From an uncultured Chthonomonadaceae bacterium (lineage in GTDB: Bacteria > Armatimonadota > Chthonomonadetes > Chthonomonadales > CAJBBX01), in contig CAZFLM010000013.1 of assembly GCA_964519955.1 (NCBI GenBank), forward strand, positions 33,238 to 97,237: DNA of 64,000 nt, given 5' to 3'. The position numbers and the translations under genes are program-made. Below the pieces are notes generated by a model. That model was not told the origin of the DNA, searched no databases, and saw only the letters and a list, made by a program, of their open reading frames with translations. Shown here piece by piece: positions 36,878 to 46,405 of the stretch; the first letter of the stretch is position 1, and the number at the start of each line of letters is the position of its first letter.

Positions 36878-37894
36878 ATGGATGAACGCGAATTCGTTCA
36901 GTCCCGGCAAGCCGGGTGGCGGCGCCTCACCGAGATTCTGGGGCGCATCGAGACGTCGGGCGGCTTGCGTCGCCTCTCGCGCGAGGACGTGCGCGAGCTT
37001 GGCCCGCTCTACCGCCGCGCCGCCAGCGACCTGGCCTATGCGCGCGCCCACGCCGTCACGGGCAACCTGACCGGGCACCTGAACCGGCTGGTCGCCCGCA
37101 GCTACGCCCTGCTCTACCACTCCGACACGCGAAGCTGGCGCGGCCTCCGCCAGTTCTTCACCCACGACTTCCCGCAGACCTTCCGGCGGCGGCTTCCGTT
37201 CTTCCTCACGGCCGTCGCGCTGATGCTCGCAGGGGCGCTGCTCGCCTACTGGCTGATGATGCAGTCGCGCGACAACCTGGACATCTTCGTGCCGCCGAAC
37301 CACCCCATGCGGTCGTCGGTCGACATCTGGGCGTCCGGCAAGACCACCCGGGTCATCCATGAAGGGGAATCCGCGGTCGGCGCCAGCGCGCTGATGACGA
37401 ACAACATCCGGGTGAGCATCCTCGCGTTCGCCGCCGGCATCCTGGGGTGCGTCCTCACGGCCTTCATCATGTTCGAGAACGGCGCGATGCTCGGCGCCCT
37501 GGCCGGGCTGATGACGCACGTGCATCACCACGACACGCTTTGGCCGGGCATCCTGCCCCACGGGGTCGTCGAGCTGAGCGCCACCTGCATCGCCGGAGGC
37601 GCCGGCCTGATGCTGGGCTGGGCGCTCCTCGTGCCAGGCCCCTACCGCCGCCGGGACGCCCTCGTCGCCGCCGCGCTCGACGCCATCCGCCTGGTCGTGG
37701 GCGTCTCCTTCCTGCTCATCTTCTGCGGCGTCGTGGAGGCGTTCATCTCGCCCTCCAGGCTGCCCGCGGGCTTCAAGATCGCGTTCGGCATCACCACGTT
37801 CTTCGCCCTCTACGGCTACCTCTTCCTGGCAGGCCGCGATGCGAAGGTGGTCGCCCAAACGCAACCACAGATGGACACAGACAAGCACCGATAG
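36878..37894 (+). CDS. SpoIIM-like (DUF95) membrane protein
   Basis: The gene starts at MDEREFVQSRQAGWRRL; the ORF track starts at 36794. Family pattern: NNIRVSILAFAAGILG, FENGAMLGA, LPHGVVELSATCIAGGAGLMLG. Confidence 0.75.
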   Translation: MDEREFVQSRQAGWRRLTEILGRIETSGGLRRLSREDVRELGPLYRRAASDLAYARAHAVTGNLTGHLNRLVARSYALLYHSDTRSWRGLRQFFTHDFPQTFRRRLPFFLTAVALMLAGALLAYWLMMQSRDNLDIFVPPNHPMRSSVDIWASGKTTRVIHEGESAVGASALMTNNIRVSILAFAAGILGCVLTAFIMFENGAMLGALAGLMTHVHHHDTLWPGILPHGVVELSATCIAGGAGLMLGWALLVPGPYRRRDALVAAALDAIRLVVGVSFLLIFCGVVEAFISPSRLPAGFKIAFGITTFFALYGYLFLAGRDAKVVAQTQPQMDTDKHR

Positions 37895-37993
37895 CGGCGG
37901 GATGGGCTTCTGGGGCATCGCGCCGGGGAGACGACCCTGGAGGGCGGGCCTCCGTGGCCGCCGCGCCGGCCGAGCGCTTCCAGTCGCTCTGCG

Positions 37994-39304
37994 CTACAGC
38001 AGCATCCTCTCCTTCACCTCCAGGTACCGGTTCACCAGCGCGGCCGAGAGCTGCTCTGCCGGGGTGTCCACCACCAGCACCCCGCGGTGGGACAGCTCGG
38101 CCGTGGCTCGCGCCCGGTCGTCCAGCATCTGGCGGGCGACGGCCTGCGAGTAGGCGCTGGCGGCATCGACCACAGGCGCCTCGGCCAGGCGCAGCACCTT
38201 CGTGTCCAGCAGCGTGACGCAGGCAGCCAAATGGTGCGGCTGCAGCATCGCCAGCTCCTGCATCGTCTGCCTGGACGAGTCCGGGTCCCACAGGTCGGTG
38301 AAGCACACGATGAGCGAGCGGCGGCGCCACCGTCCGCGCAGGTAGGCGAAGGCCTGGCGATAGTCCGGCTCCGCGCGGCGGGCTTCGGCGTTGTACAGCG
38401 CGTCCAGGATGCGATACACCTGAGCCCGCCCCTTGCCCGGCGCGATCCACGCCTGCACGCTGTCCGCGAACATCAGCAGGCCCACGCGGTCGTCGGTCAG
38501 CGTGGCGACGTACGCCAGGAGCAGCGCCGCGTTCACCGCGTAGTCCATCTTCGCGATGCCGTCGACCTCCGCCATCATGGTGCGGCCCACGTCGATCGCC
38601 AGGATGACGTTCTGGCTGCGCTCGACCTCGTACTGGCGGCTGGTCAGCTTGCCACGGCGAGCGCTGGCCTTCCAGTCGATGCGGCGATACTCGTCGTCCG
38701 GCTGGTAGTCGCGCAGCGACTCGAACTCGCGACCGGCACCCATCAGCCGTGCCGCGCGGATGCCCACCTGCTGCAGCCGCCCTCGGCGCGCCATCAGCGT
38801 GAACTTGGCGGTCTCGATCAGGTTCGGATACACCTTCACGGCCTGCGCCGAAGCCACGCGCCGCACCGAGCTGACGAGCCCGAGCTTGCCGCTCACTTTG
38901 AGCCAGATGTCGCCGAACTCGAAGTCGCCGCGGCTCCTCGGGGTCACGTGGTAGCTGACGGTGTGGCGGACGCCCGGGCGGAGCGTGAGCGGCGTGTCGG
39001 CGAAGTCGTGCGGCATCTCGTCCGGCGGCTCGTCACGCAGCAGAATCTTCCACGGCCAGAGACCTTCGACACGCACCTCGACATGCACCGCGTTCTCCGC
39101 GCCGAGCGAGAGCTGGGGCTCCACCTTGCGCTCCGCGGAGATGCCGTCGCGCGGCGGAAGCAGCCAGTAGTCCGCCACCGTCGCGGCGAGGACAACGCCC
39201 ACGCAGGCCAGCGTGACCATGACCGCAGCGTGCCCCAGGCCCCCCAGAAAGAGGGGCAGCGTGGCCAGAACAGCCAGAGCGAACCACCAGCGCGTGAGGG
39301 TCAT
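37994..39304 (-). CDS. DUF58 (vWA-like) domain protein
   Basis: The gene starts at MTLTRWWFALAVL and overlaps the upstream stop (ATGA at 39301-39304). The DUF58 signature is LRDYQPDDEYRRIDWKASARRGKLTSRQYEVERSQNVILAIDVGRTM. Confidence 0.85.
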   Translation of the reverse strand: MTLTRWWFALAVLATLPLFLGGLGHAAVMVTLACVGVVLAATVADYWLLPPRDGISAERKVEPQLSLGAENAVHVEVRVEGLWPWKILLRDEPPDEMPHDFADTPLTLRPGVRHTVSYHVTPRSRGDFEFGDIWLKVSGKLGLVSSVRRVASAQAVKVYPNLIETAKFTLMARRGRLQQVGIRAARLMGAGREFESLRDYQPDDEYRRIDWKASARRGKLTSRQYEVERSQNVILAIDVGRTMMAEVDGIAKMDYAVNAALLLAYVATLTDDRVGLLMFADSVQAWIAPGKGRAQVYRILDALYNAEARRAEPDYRQAFAYLRGRWRRRSLIVCFTDLWDPDSSRQTMQELAMLQPHHLAACVTLLDTKVLRLAEAPVVDAASAYSQAVARQMLDDRARATAELSHRGVLVVDTPAEQLSAALVNRYLEVKERMLL

Positions 39305-40584
39305 GGCTTCGTCGTGCTGCCCGTGGCAGTGGCAGCTCGCTCCCACTTCAGGAGCACGTCGCCCGGCCCGGCCGGTACCTGGATGGCGCGCCAGGCCGCA
39401 GCGGGTGCGCGCACCGTCCAGCCGCCCGAGACCTTCTTCGCGTCGAGGCCGCTGCCGAAAGCCACGGTCCCGGCGGAGGCTGTCACATGGAACGATCCGG
39501 CAGGTACGTAGACTCGGGAGGCATCGCCGGCCGCGAGGCGGGTCTGGAACGTGTCGGCCGCGTCGAGGAACAGCGCGAGCGCGGAGGCGTAGTCGTCGCC
39601 TCGCGTCGGGCGCTTGCCGCCGGCCGGCAGATAGTCCAGCAGATCGGTCAGAACGCGGGAGCCGTAGGTGTCGTCGGCGTAGAGCAGCAGCGCCGTGAAG
39701 TTGTCGAAAGCGTCGCGATCGGCGGCGGGCAGCGAAGCCATGTCGGGACCGCCGGCTCGCACGCGGGCGAGCAGCGGGGCGATCTGCTTGGTCCGGTACT
39801 CATCGAGATCGGCGGCGGCGCCAAACGGGAGCGGATCGGCGTCGGGAGCAGGCGTCCTCGCATCCTCGATGAGCCACTTCAGGAACATGCGCTCGCCCAG
39901 CACGCCGCTGGCCCAGCTCTCGGGCTGCGCGTAGCCGCTCGGCGACGGGAACAGGTAGTGGCCGTACTCGTGGGCGATCTCGCGGGCCCACTCCAGGCCG
40001 CTGCGTGTGGCGAACACGTTGTAGAAGTAGAGGCTGTTGCGCACCTGCTCGCCGCCGGGGTCGCCGGACCGCGTCAGCCAGACGTGTACGGCGGGGCCGC
40101 GCAGACCGCGGGCCGTGCGACCCAGTCTGGCGTTGGCGGTGGACCAGAGGCAGGCCAGCATCCGTCCGCAGCGCTTGGCGATGGGCAGCGCGTCGCGGTC
40201 CGGACCGTGGATGATGAAGCGGCGGACCATCGTGCCGTTCTCGCTGAGGTAGACATGGGCGGACGCGGCAAACTCGGCGCCGTCGCGCGGGTCCTTGGCG
40301 GGGTCCTGCTTGCGGGGCACCACGACGAGGCCCGGGGTCGCGCCGCGGATTGGCTCGCGGTCCGCCTCGATGGCGAGGGCGTCACCCGGCAGGATGCGCT
40401 CGGGCATCTCGCCGGTGCCGGCCGCGGTCGCGCCGAGCAGTGACGAAAAGAACAGTGCCGCGACGCACGCAGAGCGTCTGATAGATTGGGAGCGCGCCTT
40501 GCGGAGCGGGCTGAGGACGGCAGAGGCAAGCCGCCGGCCAGGCCGGTCCTTCGACACCAAGCATCGGGTGGCAAGCAGGATCAT
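39301..40584 (-). CDS. Secreted hypothetical protein with HExxH (HEYGH) motif, putative metallopeptidase
   Basis: I took the start at MILLATRCL (CAT 40582-40584), but it is uncertain. A signal-like CVAALFFSSLLGATAAG is present. WAREIAHEYGHYLF is the only recognisable motif. The gene is translationally coupled to DUF58. Confidence 0.5.
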   Translation of the reverse strand: MILLATRCLVSKDRPGRRLASAVLSPLRKARSQSIRRSACVAALFFSSLLGATAAGTGEMPERILPGDALAIEADREPIRGATPGLVVVPRKQDPAKDPRDGAEFAASAHVYLSENGTMVRRFIIHGPDRDALPIAKRCGRMLACLWSTANARLGRTARGLRGPAVHVWLTRSGDPGGEQVRNSLYFYNVFATRSGLEWAREIAHEYGHYLFPSPSGYAQPESWASGVLGERMFLKWLIEDARTPAPDADPLPFGAAADLDEYRTKQIAPLLARVRAGGPDMASLPAADRDAFDNFTALLLYADDTYGSRVLTDLLDYLPAGGKRPTRGDDYASALALFLDAADTFQTRLAAGDASRVYVPAGSFHVTASAGTVAFGSGLDAKKVSGGWTVRAPAAAWRAIQVPAGPGDVLLKWERAATATGSTTKP

Positions 40585-40766
40585 GGGTTCCGCCGGCACG
40601 GTGGTTGGGAAGCGCCGATGATGAGTGCGCCTCCCAGAACGTATTGGGATTATAGCAGAAGCAGAGGGCACGGAGCAGGCGGTTCGCGCGGTTGCACTGC
40701 GATCCTCGCTGTGATATACTGCTGCCAACTCCGCGCATGGGTGCGCGAGAGGAAGAAGGCACTGGC

Positions 40767-42017
40767 ATGAACTCCGGAAAACTGCTGCGCAGGCTGTGCG
40801 CGATATCCGTGGCGCTGGTCGTTCTGGCGCCCACTTCCATAACCGCCGCTCTGGCGCAGGCTCAGAAGGCCGCCGCCGCGCCCGCCGAGGACCCCGAGGT
40901 CAAGCTGGGCCGCGAGAACGCCGACGAAGCCGCGAAGGAGCTGAAGCTCGTCACAGACCCGGCGGTGGTCGACCGCGTCAACCGCATCGGCCAGGAGATC
41001 GCGGCGGTAGCCAACTCGCTAGAAGTGCAGGCGCTGTGGGGCAGCTCCACGCTCAAGAAGTTCGACTACACCTTCAAGGTCGTCGATGACAAGGATGTGA
41101 ACGCGTTCTCCTTGCCCGGCGGCTTCATCTATGTCAATCGCGGTACCCTGGACTTCGCCCAGTCCGACGATGAGTTGGCGGGCGTCCTCGCACACGAAGT
41201 CGCCCACGCCTCGCACCACCACATGATGAAGCTCATCAAGGAACAGGAGAAGCTGCAGCAGAAGCTCATCCTGCCGATGGTGGTGGCGGCCATCGTGGCT
41301 TCGCGCGGCGGCGGCGGCGATGGCCTCGCCAATGTCCTGACCGCGGGCCAGTTGTACATGGTAGCGAAACTGAACACCTACGGGGTTGAGGCCGAGAAGG
41401 ACGCCGACCAGTCCGCCGTTCACTACCTGTCCAAGACCAAGTACAAGCCTGTCGGCCTGCTCACGTTCATGGAGCGCCTCGCGCAGCAGGAAGTGCTGCG
41501 GCCGCAGGTCGAGTTAGGCATCTACCGCACCCACCCGCCGTCGCCCGAGCGCGCGCGCGCTCTCCAAGCCGAGATGGAGGATCTGGGGCTCTCGCTGAAC
41601 CGGCGCGACGTCGACGGCTCGATCGCCGCCTCGGTGTCTTCCACCACGCTGAACGGGGTGTCCGTGGCGGAGGTGCGCATGTCGAAGAGCCTGGTCGCAC
41701 GGCTTGCCGCGTCGGACGGAGCCACCGCGGAGGATCGGGGCAAGCTCCTCGCGCAGCGTCTGAACGGTCTGTTCGACGCAGGCCTCGAGATGTACGAGAT
41801 CAAGCTGAGCAACGACAAGTCGCGCGTCATCGCCCGTGGGCAGACCGTCGTCGCCTTCACCGCGGCCGACGCCGAACCTCAGCGCCAGTCGGTGGAGGCC
41901 CTCGCGAGCGCCTCGCTCGAGGTCATCCGCAACCTCATTTGGCAGGACCGCGTCAACCGGCTGCCGATGAAGGTGGGCAACCTCACCACCGCCTCGGCCG
42001 GTAACCAGTCGCCGTAG
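40767..42017 (+). CDS. M48-family zinc metallopeptidase, secreted
   Basis: The gene starts at MNSGKLLRRLCAISVALVVLAP. Motifs: NAFSLPGGFIYVNRG, GVLAHEVAHASHHH, and a downstream EKDAD. The C-terminal ~170 aa are of unknown function. Confidence 0.8.
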   Translation: MNSGKLLRRLCAISVALVVLAPTSITAALAQAQKAAAAPAEDPEVKLGRENADEAAKELKLVTDPAVVDRVNRIGQEIAAVANSLEVQALWGSSTLKKFDYTFKVVDDKDVNAFSLPGGFIYVNRGTLDFAQSDDELAGVLAHEVAHASHHHMMKLIKEQEKLQQKLILPMVVAAIVASRGGGGDGLANVLTAGQLYMVAKLNTYGVEAEKDADQSAVHYLSKTKYKPVGLLTFMERLAQQEVLRPQVELGIYRTHPPSPERARALQAEMEDLGLSLNRRDVDGSIAASVSSTTLNGVSVAEVRMSKSLVARLAASDGATAEDRGKLLAQRLNGLFDAGLEMYEIKLSNDKSRVIARGQTVVAFTAADAEPQRQSVEALASASLEVIRNLIWQDRVNRLPMKVGNLTTASAGNQSP

Positions 42018-42024
42018 GCGCCTA

Positions 42025-42056
42025 CCAGGTGGGATGGGCATCCGTGCCCGTCCTGG
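42025..42056. terminator. Short version of the GGGATGGGC..GCCCGTCC hairpin between convergent stops
   Basis: CCAGGTGGGATGGGCATCCGTGCCCGTCCTGG lies between the stops at 42017 (+) and 42064 (-). It has the same core as the 81-bp elements. Confidence 0.55.
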
Positions 42057-42063
42057 GCCCAGC

Positions 42064-43359
42064 CTATCGCGGCTTCACCACCAACGGCCTCGGCGCCGCC
42101 TCCTCCGTCTTCGCGAACCCCGCTGCCCTGAGGGCACGCTGCGTCGACGGCAGCGATGCCGTCAGCCTCCATATCAGCCCCGAACGGTGGTTCTCGATCG
42201 CCAGCAGCGCCATCCCGGCGTCGATGCCGATCGTGTCCTTGTCGAACCAGTCCCGGTCCACGTTGAACGCGTCGCAGAAGCCGTACTTCCCCCACACCCG
42301 CGTGCCGTACTTCGCCCTCATCGCCTTCGCCGTCGCAGCCGCGTGCTCGGGGTCCTCACAGATCGACGCGAGCACGGCCAGCGGCGCCACCGTGCCGTCC
42401 TCGGGCTCCGGCACCCCGTAGGCGCGGTAGCCGTCCGGCGCGTCGCAGGCGTTGAGGCCCCACCAGCCCTCGGCGTACGTCTTGCGCTTCGTCGCGTTGG
42501 CCTTGCAGAATGTCCGCTGGATCGTCGTCGCGTTCGCCGCGCTCACCGCGAAGTCGCAGCCCAGCCGATCCCGCATGCCGCGGAAGTCGTAGTACCCGTT
42601 GGGCATCTGGTTCCAGAAGAGCGGCCCGCCGCCCAGGCAGTCGAGGCCGGCGTAGCGGTACGGGAGCCGCTCCCAGTGGTCCCAGCATGCCGGGGGCAGC
42701 GGGTCGCGGCGCGCGCCGAGGCCCAGCAGGTAGAGCAGCGTCATCTCGCAGAAGCCGGACCACTCGTTCGCCAGGAACCCTGTCTCCGGCTTCCATCCGT
42801 GGCTGACGGTGAGCTTCCTGGGCTTCGCGCCGCCGTTCGTCAGCACCCACTGCCAGTCGAGGCGGTCATAGAGCGCGTTCGCCAGGTCCTCCACCTCGGT
42901 GCCGCGGAAGTAGGCGCCGCACACGAGCGCCCCCTGGACCAGCAGCGAGGTGTCGATGGTCGAGATCTCGCACTGCCACTCGCGCTTGCCGGTCCGCCCG
43001 TCGACGAAGTGGACCATCCACCCGTGGTTGTGCGCCATCGAGAGCAGGAAGCGCAGGCACTTCTCGGCGCGCTGCCGGCCCTCCGCCTTGCCGATCCAGC
43101 CCCGCTCCACGGCGATGGGCAGCGCGGCGAGCCCGTACCCCGTGGCGGCGATCGAGGCGACCGTGTACGTATCAGAGCCCGATATGGCCGCACGGTCCGA
43201 GACGAGGCCGGTCACCGGGTCGGCGCGCTCCAGAAAGAAGAGGCACTCCGCGCGCTCGACCTCGTCGAGGAATGGCGCGTCGGTCCGGACGGAGGCCGCG
43301 CAAGCCGCCGCTGCCCACCCCACAACCACCGCCGTCACCAGGTTCCGGAAGATCGCCAT
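42064..43359 (-). CDS. Putative glucoamylase-type (alpha/alpha)6 barrel protein, GH144-like
   Basis: The gene starts at MAIFRNLVTAVVVGWAAAACA (CAT 43357-43359). Diagnostic stretches: SIAATGYGLAALPIA, EISTIDTSLLVQGAL, EMTLLYLLGLG, WGLNACD, GIDAGMALLAIEN. The family call comes from pattern memory only. Confidence 0.65.
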   Translation of the reverse strand: MAIFRNLVTAVVVGWAAAACAASVRTDAPFLDEVERAECLFFLERADPVTGLVSDRAAISGSDTYTVASIAATGYGLAALPIAVERGWIGKAEGRQRAEKCLRFLLSMAHNHGWMVHFVDGRTGKREWQCEISTIDTSLLVQGALVCGAYFRGTEVEDLANALYDRLDWQWVLTNGGAKPRKLTVSHGWKPETGFLANEWSGFCEMTLLYLLGLGARRDPLPPACWDHWERLPYRYAGLDCLGGGPLFWNQMPNGYYDFRGMRDRLGCDFAVSAANATTIQRTFCKANATKRKTYAEGWWGLNACDAPDGYRAYGVPEPEDGTVAPLAVLASICEDPEHAAATAKAMRAKYGTRVWGKYGFCDAFNVDRDWFDKDTIGIDAGMALLAIENHRSGLIWRLTASLPSTQRALRAAGFAKTEEAAPRPLVVKPR

Positions 43360-43544
43360 CGAACCGCTCCTTTGCGCTCGCACTGTCGCCGCCGCTCGCC
43401 ACCGGGCAGTTCGGCGTGCGCATCGCCAGAGCCTGCTTCGGCGCCATAGCGGGTCTGCGGAAGGACTCGCGAACACGCGCGCGGAACGGCGCTGATGCCG
43501 GACATCGGCGAAGCGCCCGCTGCCCTGGGCGCGAGGAGGATCGA

Positions 43545-45812
43545 ATGCTAGCCGCTCGGATCGCCCTCACTGCCGTCGCTCTGCCGCTGGCGCTGAACTC
43601 CTGCTCCGCCCAGCCGCCTGCCGCCGCATCGAAGTGGCAGCCCGTCGGCCTGTCGGGCGGCGGCGGCATGTTCTCGCCGGCCATCAGCCCCGCCGACCCG
43701 CGCGTCATGATGGTCAACTGCGACATGAGCGCCGCTTACATCAGCGCGGACGGCGGCCTCACCTGGCGCATGATCCACTACAGCCAGCTCCGCTCGAACA
43801 CGCAGTGCCGCCCGGCGTTCCACCCCACCGACGCCAAGACCGTCTACGCAGCAAACGGGTGGGACGGGCTGAAGGTGAGCCACGACCAGGGCGTCACGTG
43901 GGCCAAGGTCGGCCAGGGGCTGCCAGGCGACCTGCGCGGCGCCATCCTCATCGACGCGCGCGACCCGAGCCGCATGCTGGCGGGGGCTGGCGAGAGCGTC
44001 TACCGCTCCGGCGACGCCGGCAAGTCGTGGAGCAAGTGCGAGGGCCCGCAGGGCGCGGTGCTGGGGCTGCACTTCGACCAGGCGAAGCGCTCTACGCTCT
44101 ATGCCGGCACCCCGCAAGGCGTCTGGCGCTCCGACGACGGCGGCGCGACGTGGGCGCGGAAGACGACCGGCATCCCAGCGGGCGGGATCACCTCATTCTC
44201 CGGCGGCTCGAACGCGAGCAGCGGGAAGGCGGCCCTCTACTGCACCGTGCCTCGCAAGGAGGCCGGAGGCGGCTGGACGGGCGGCGTCTACCGGTCGCCG
44301 GACCGCGGCGAGACGTGGCAGAACGCGAACGGGACCGGGCTGAACCTGGAGACCAAGGCGTTCGACGAGTGGGCCGAGGGGCCGGTCGCTCAGTACACCT
44401 GGGTGACCGCGAACGACGCGCGGCCCGAGACCGTGTACGTGTTCAACTCGAACACCGGCATTCCGCCGCCGCACCACTGCTCCTGCTACCGCTCGGACGA
44501 CGCCGGCCAGACGTGGCGCGCGAGCTTCCAGGCCGATCCGCGCTGGCAGCCCTCCAACGTCGAAGCAGACTACACCGTCGCGGTTGACGGCCAATACTAC
44601 CAGTCGGTCCCCCTCGGCGTAGCCATCGCGCCGAACACGCCCGATGTGCTGATGACGGTGGACGCGGGCAACTGCTTCGTCACGAGGGATGGCGGCAAGT
44701 CGTGGCAGTGTGCCCACACGCGTCGCGCTCCGGGCAGCGGCACGCAGGGCGAGGAGCCGCGCTGGGTTTGCACCGGCCTCGTCGTCACGACCACCTGGAA
44801 CTACTATGTCGACCCATTCGACCCGAAGCGCCACACGATCTGCTACACGGACATCGGCTTCGCGCGCTCGCTGGATGCCGGCAAGACGTGGTGCTGGTGG
44901 GCGCTGAAGGGCCGCGCGCCCTGGCGCAACACGTGCTACGAGCTGGCGTTCGACCCGACCGTCAAGGGGAAGCAGTGGGGCGCCTTCTCGAACGTGCACG
45001 ACATTCCGAACGACAACATCGTCTCCGGGCGGCACAACGCGCGCGGGCCGGGCGGCGTGTGCGTCAGCACGGACCACGGCGCGACGTGGCGCGTTTCGGG
45101 CGAGGGGCTGCCGGTGGCGCCCTGCACGGGCGTTGTGGTCGACCCGAAGAGCCCCGCAGGCGCCCGCACGCTGTACGCCGGCTTCTTCGGCCAGGGCGTC
45201 TACCGGTCGATGGACGACGGCAAGACGTGGGCGGCCTGCAATGAGGGGCTCGGGGCGGCGAGCAACCGCCGCGTCTGCCGCGTTGCGCTGCACCCGGACG
45301 GCACGCTCTTCGCGCTGGTGACGGCGCTGCGCCAGAACGGGCGCTTCACGGCGGACGGCGTCGGCCTCTACCGCTCGCGCGACAAGGGCGCCTCCTGGGA
45401 ACTGGTGACCCGCTCGAAGCCGCTCTGGTGGCCCAAGGACTTTGCGGTGGACCCGCGCGACAGCCGGGCCATCTACGTCGGCGCGGCGGACGCCAACCGC
45501 GAGGAGCAGGGCGGCCTCTACCGCACCACGGACGGCGGCGCGACCTGGGCTCGCCTGACGCGCCAGGGCCCCGAGCACTTCGGCGCGTACCTGCACCCGA
45601 AGCGCGCTGGCTGGATCTACGCCACGCTGACCGAGGGCGCGCCGGGCGCAGGCCTGTGGCTCAGCAAGGACAACGGCACCACATGGAAGCCCATGGCCGG
45701 CCTCCCCTTCAGCAACGCCCAGCGCGTCACCTTCGACCCCGCCGACCCCGACACCATCTACGTGACGACGTTCGGCGGCAGCGTGTGGAAGGGGCCGGCG
45801 TCGGAGGAGTGA
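43545..45812 (+). CDS. Secreted BNR/Asp-box repeat protein (double beta-propeller, GH74/sortilin-like)
   Basis: GAGGAGGA lies upstream of the ATG at 43545, followed by a lipoprotein-like signal (LALNSCSA). I counted 13 Asp-box motifs of the form S/TxDxGxT/SW (SADGGLTW, SHDQGVTW, SGDAGKSW, SDDGGATW ... SKDNGTTW). Confidence 0.75.
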   Translation: MLAARIALTAVALPLALNSCSAQPPAAASKWQPVGLSGGGGMFSPAISPADPRVMMVNCDMSAAYISADGGLTWRMIHYSQLRSNTQCRPAFHPTDAKTVYAANGWDGLKVSHDQGVTWAKVGQGLPGDLRGAILIDARDPSRMLAGAGESVYRSGDAGKSWSKCEGPQGAVLGLHFDQAKRSTLYAGTPQGVWRSDDGGATWARKTTGIPAGGITSFSGGSNASSGKAALYCTVPRKEAGGGWTGGVYRSPDRGETWQNANGTGLNLETKAFDEWAEGPVAQYTWVTANDARPETVYVFNSNTGIPPPHHCSCYRSDDAGQTWRASFQADPRWQPSNVEADYTVAVDGQYYQSVPLGVAIAPNTPDVLMTVDAGNCFVTRDGGKSWQCAHTRRAPGSGTQGEEPRWVCTGLVVTTTWNYYVDPFDPKRHTICYTDIGFARSLDAGKTWCWWALKGRAPWRNTCYELAFDPTVKGKQWGAFSNVHDIPNDNIVSGRHNARGPGGVCVSTDHGATWRVSGEGLPVAPCTGVVVDPKSPAGARTLYAGFFGQGVYRSMDDGKTWAACNEGLGAASNRRVCRVALHPDGTLFALVTALRQNGRFTADGVGLYRSRDKGASWELVTRSKPLWWPKDFAVDPRDSRAIYVGAADANREEQGGLYRTTDGGATWARLTRQGPEHFGAYLHPKRAGWIYATLTEGAPGAGLWLSKDNGTTWKPMAGLPFSNAQRVTFDPADPDTIYVTTFGGSVWKGPASEE

Positions 45813-45872
45813 GATGGGCTGGCGGCGCGGGAACGGCGGGTCTTGCGCCCTATGGGTCGCCGGAGTATGGTG
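45704..45872 (+). repeat. Direct repeat copy A = native 3' end of BNR gene plus ~60 nt downstream
   Basis: AGCAACGCCCAGCGCGTCACCTTCGACCCCGCCGACCCCGACACCATCTACGTGACGACGTTCGGCGGCAGCGTGTGGAAGGGGCCGGCGTCGGAGGAGTGAGATGGGCTGGCGGCGCGGGAACGGCGGGTCTTGCGCC... recurs with a few substitutions at 46406 and 47334. Confidence 0.8.
45843..45871 (+). promoter_or_regulatory. Sigma70-like promoter candidate for hicB/hicA cassette
   Basis: TTGCGC (45843-45848), a 17-nt spacer, then TATGGT (45866-45871). It lies within the repeated segment. Confidence 0.35.
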
Positions 45873-45913
45873 GTACTGGCATCGCGCGTCAGGCCCGGAG
45901 GACACCCAGCAGC

Positions 45914-46120
45914 ATGAATGAGCCCAACACCACGTATCGAGCCGTCATCCATCGAGAGCCCCAGGGCGGCTACTGGGGAGAGGTCCCCGAACTGCCAGGC
46001 TGCTTTTCGCAGGGCGACACACTCGACGCGATCTACAGCAACCTGACCGAGGCCGTGGCATGCCACCTGGGTGTAGACCAAGTCGGGGTGCGCATCGGCG
46101 TTCTTGAGATGGCGGCGTGA
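45914..46120 (+). CDS. hicB: HicB-family antitoxin (short, UPF0150 type)
   Basis: MNEPNTTYRAVIHREPQGGYWGEVPELPGCFSQGDTLDAIYSNLTEAVACHL. This is the in-frame tail of ORF 45428..46120. Confidence 0.75.
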   Translation: MNEPNTTYRAVIHREPQGGYWGEVPELPGCFSQGDTLDAIYSNLTEAVACHLGVDQVGVRIGVLEMAA

Positions 46121-46319
46121 AGTCCGTCACCGGGGCTCGGTTCTGCAGGGCCCTGCGCCGCAACGGGTGGTCGCGCCTGCGCACGGCGGGGAGCCACCAG
46201 ACATGGGCCAGGACCGGCTACTCCAACGTCACTGTCCCGGTGCATGCGGGGCGAGACCGCCCCAGGGTCTGTTGGCGGCGCTGCTCAGACACACCGGCCT
46301 CTCAGAGGACGATCTCTGA
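46117..46319 (+). pseudogene. hicA: HicA-family toxin interrupted by an apparent 1-nt deletion
   Basis: The GTG at 46117 overlaps the hicB stop (GTGA). Frame 1 gives MKSVTGARFCRALRRNGWSRLRTAGSHQTWARTGYSNVTVPVHAGRD. The expected C-terminus PPQGLLAALLRHTGLSEDDL* is in the -1 frame (ORF 46104..46319). The frames switch near 46255-46262. Confidence 0.6.
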
Positions 46320-46405
46320 AAGCTGGCGCTGCGAGCCCCCCCGGAACTCCTCCGACTGAGCGGCGCGCTAGGCCCCCCGGCGTGCGCCACCGCCTTCCTC
46401 CTCAC

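Noticed and set aside
37994-42017. A MoxR-type AAA+ ATPase next to DUF58
   Set aside because: I scanned the credible ORFs for a Walker A P-loop and the MoxR pattern and found none. The upstream partner has only an HExxH motif.
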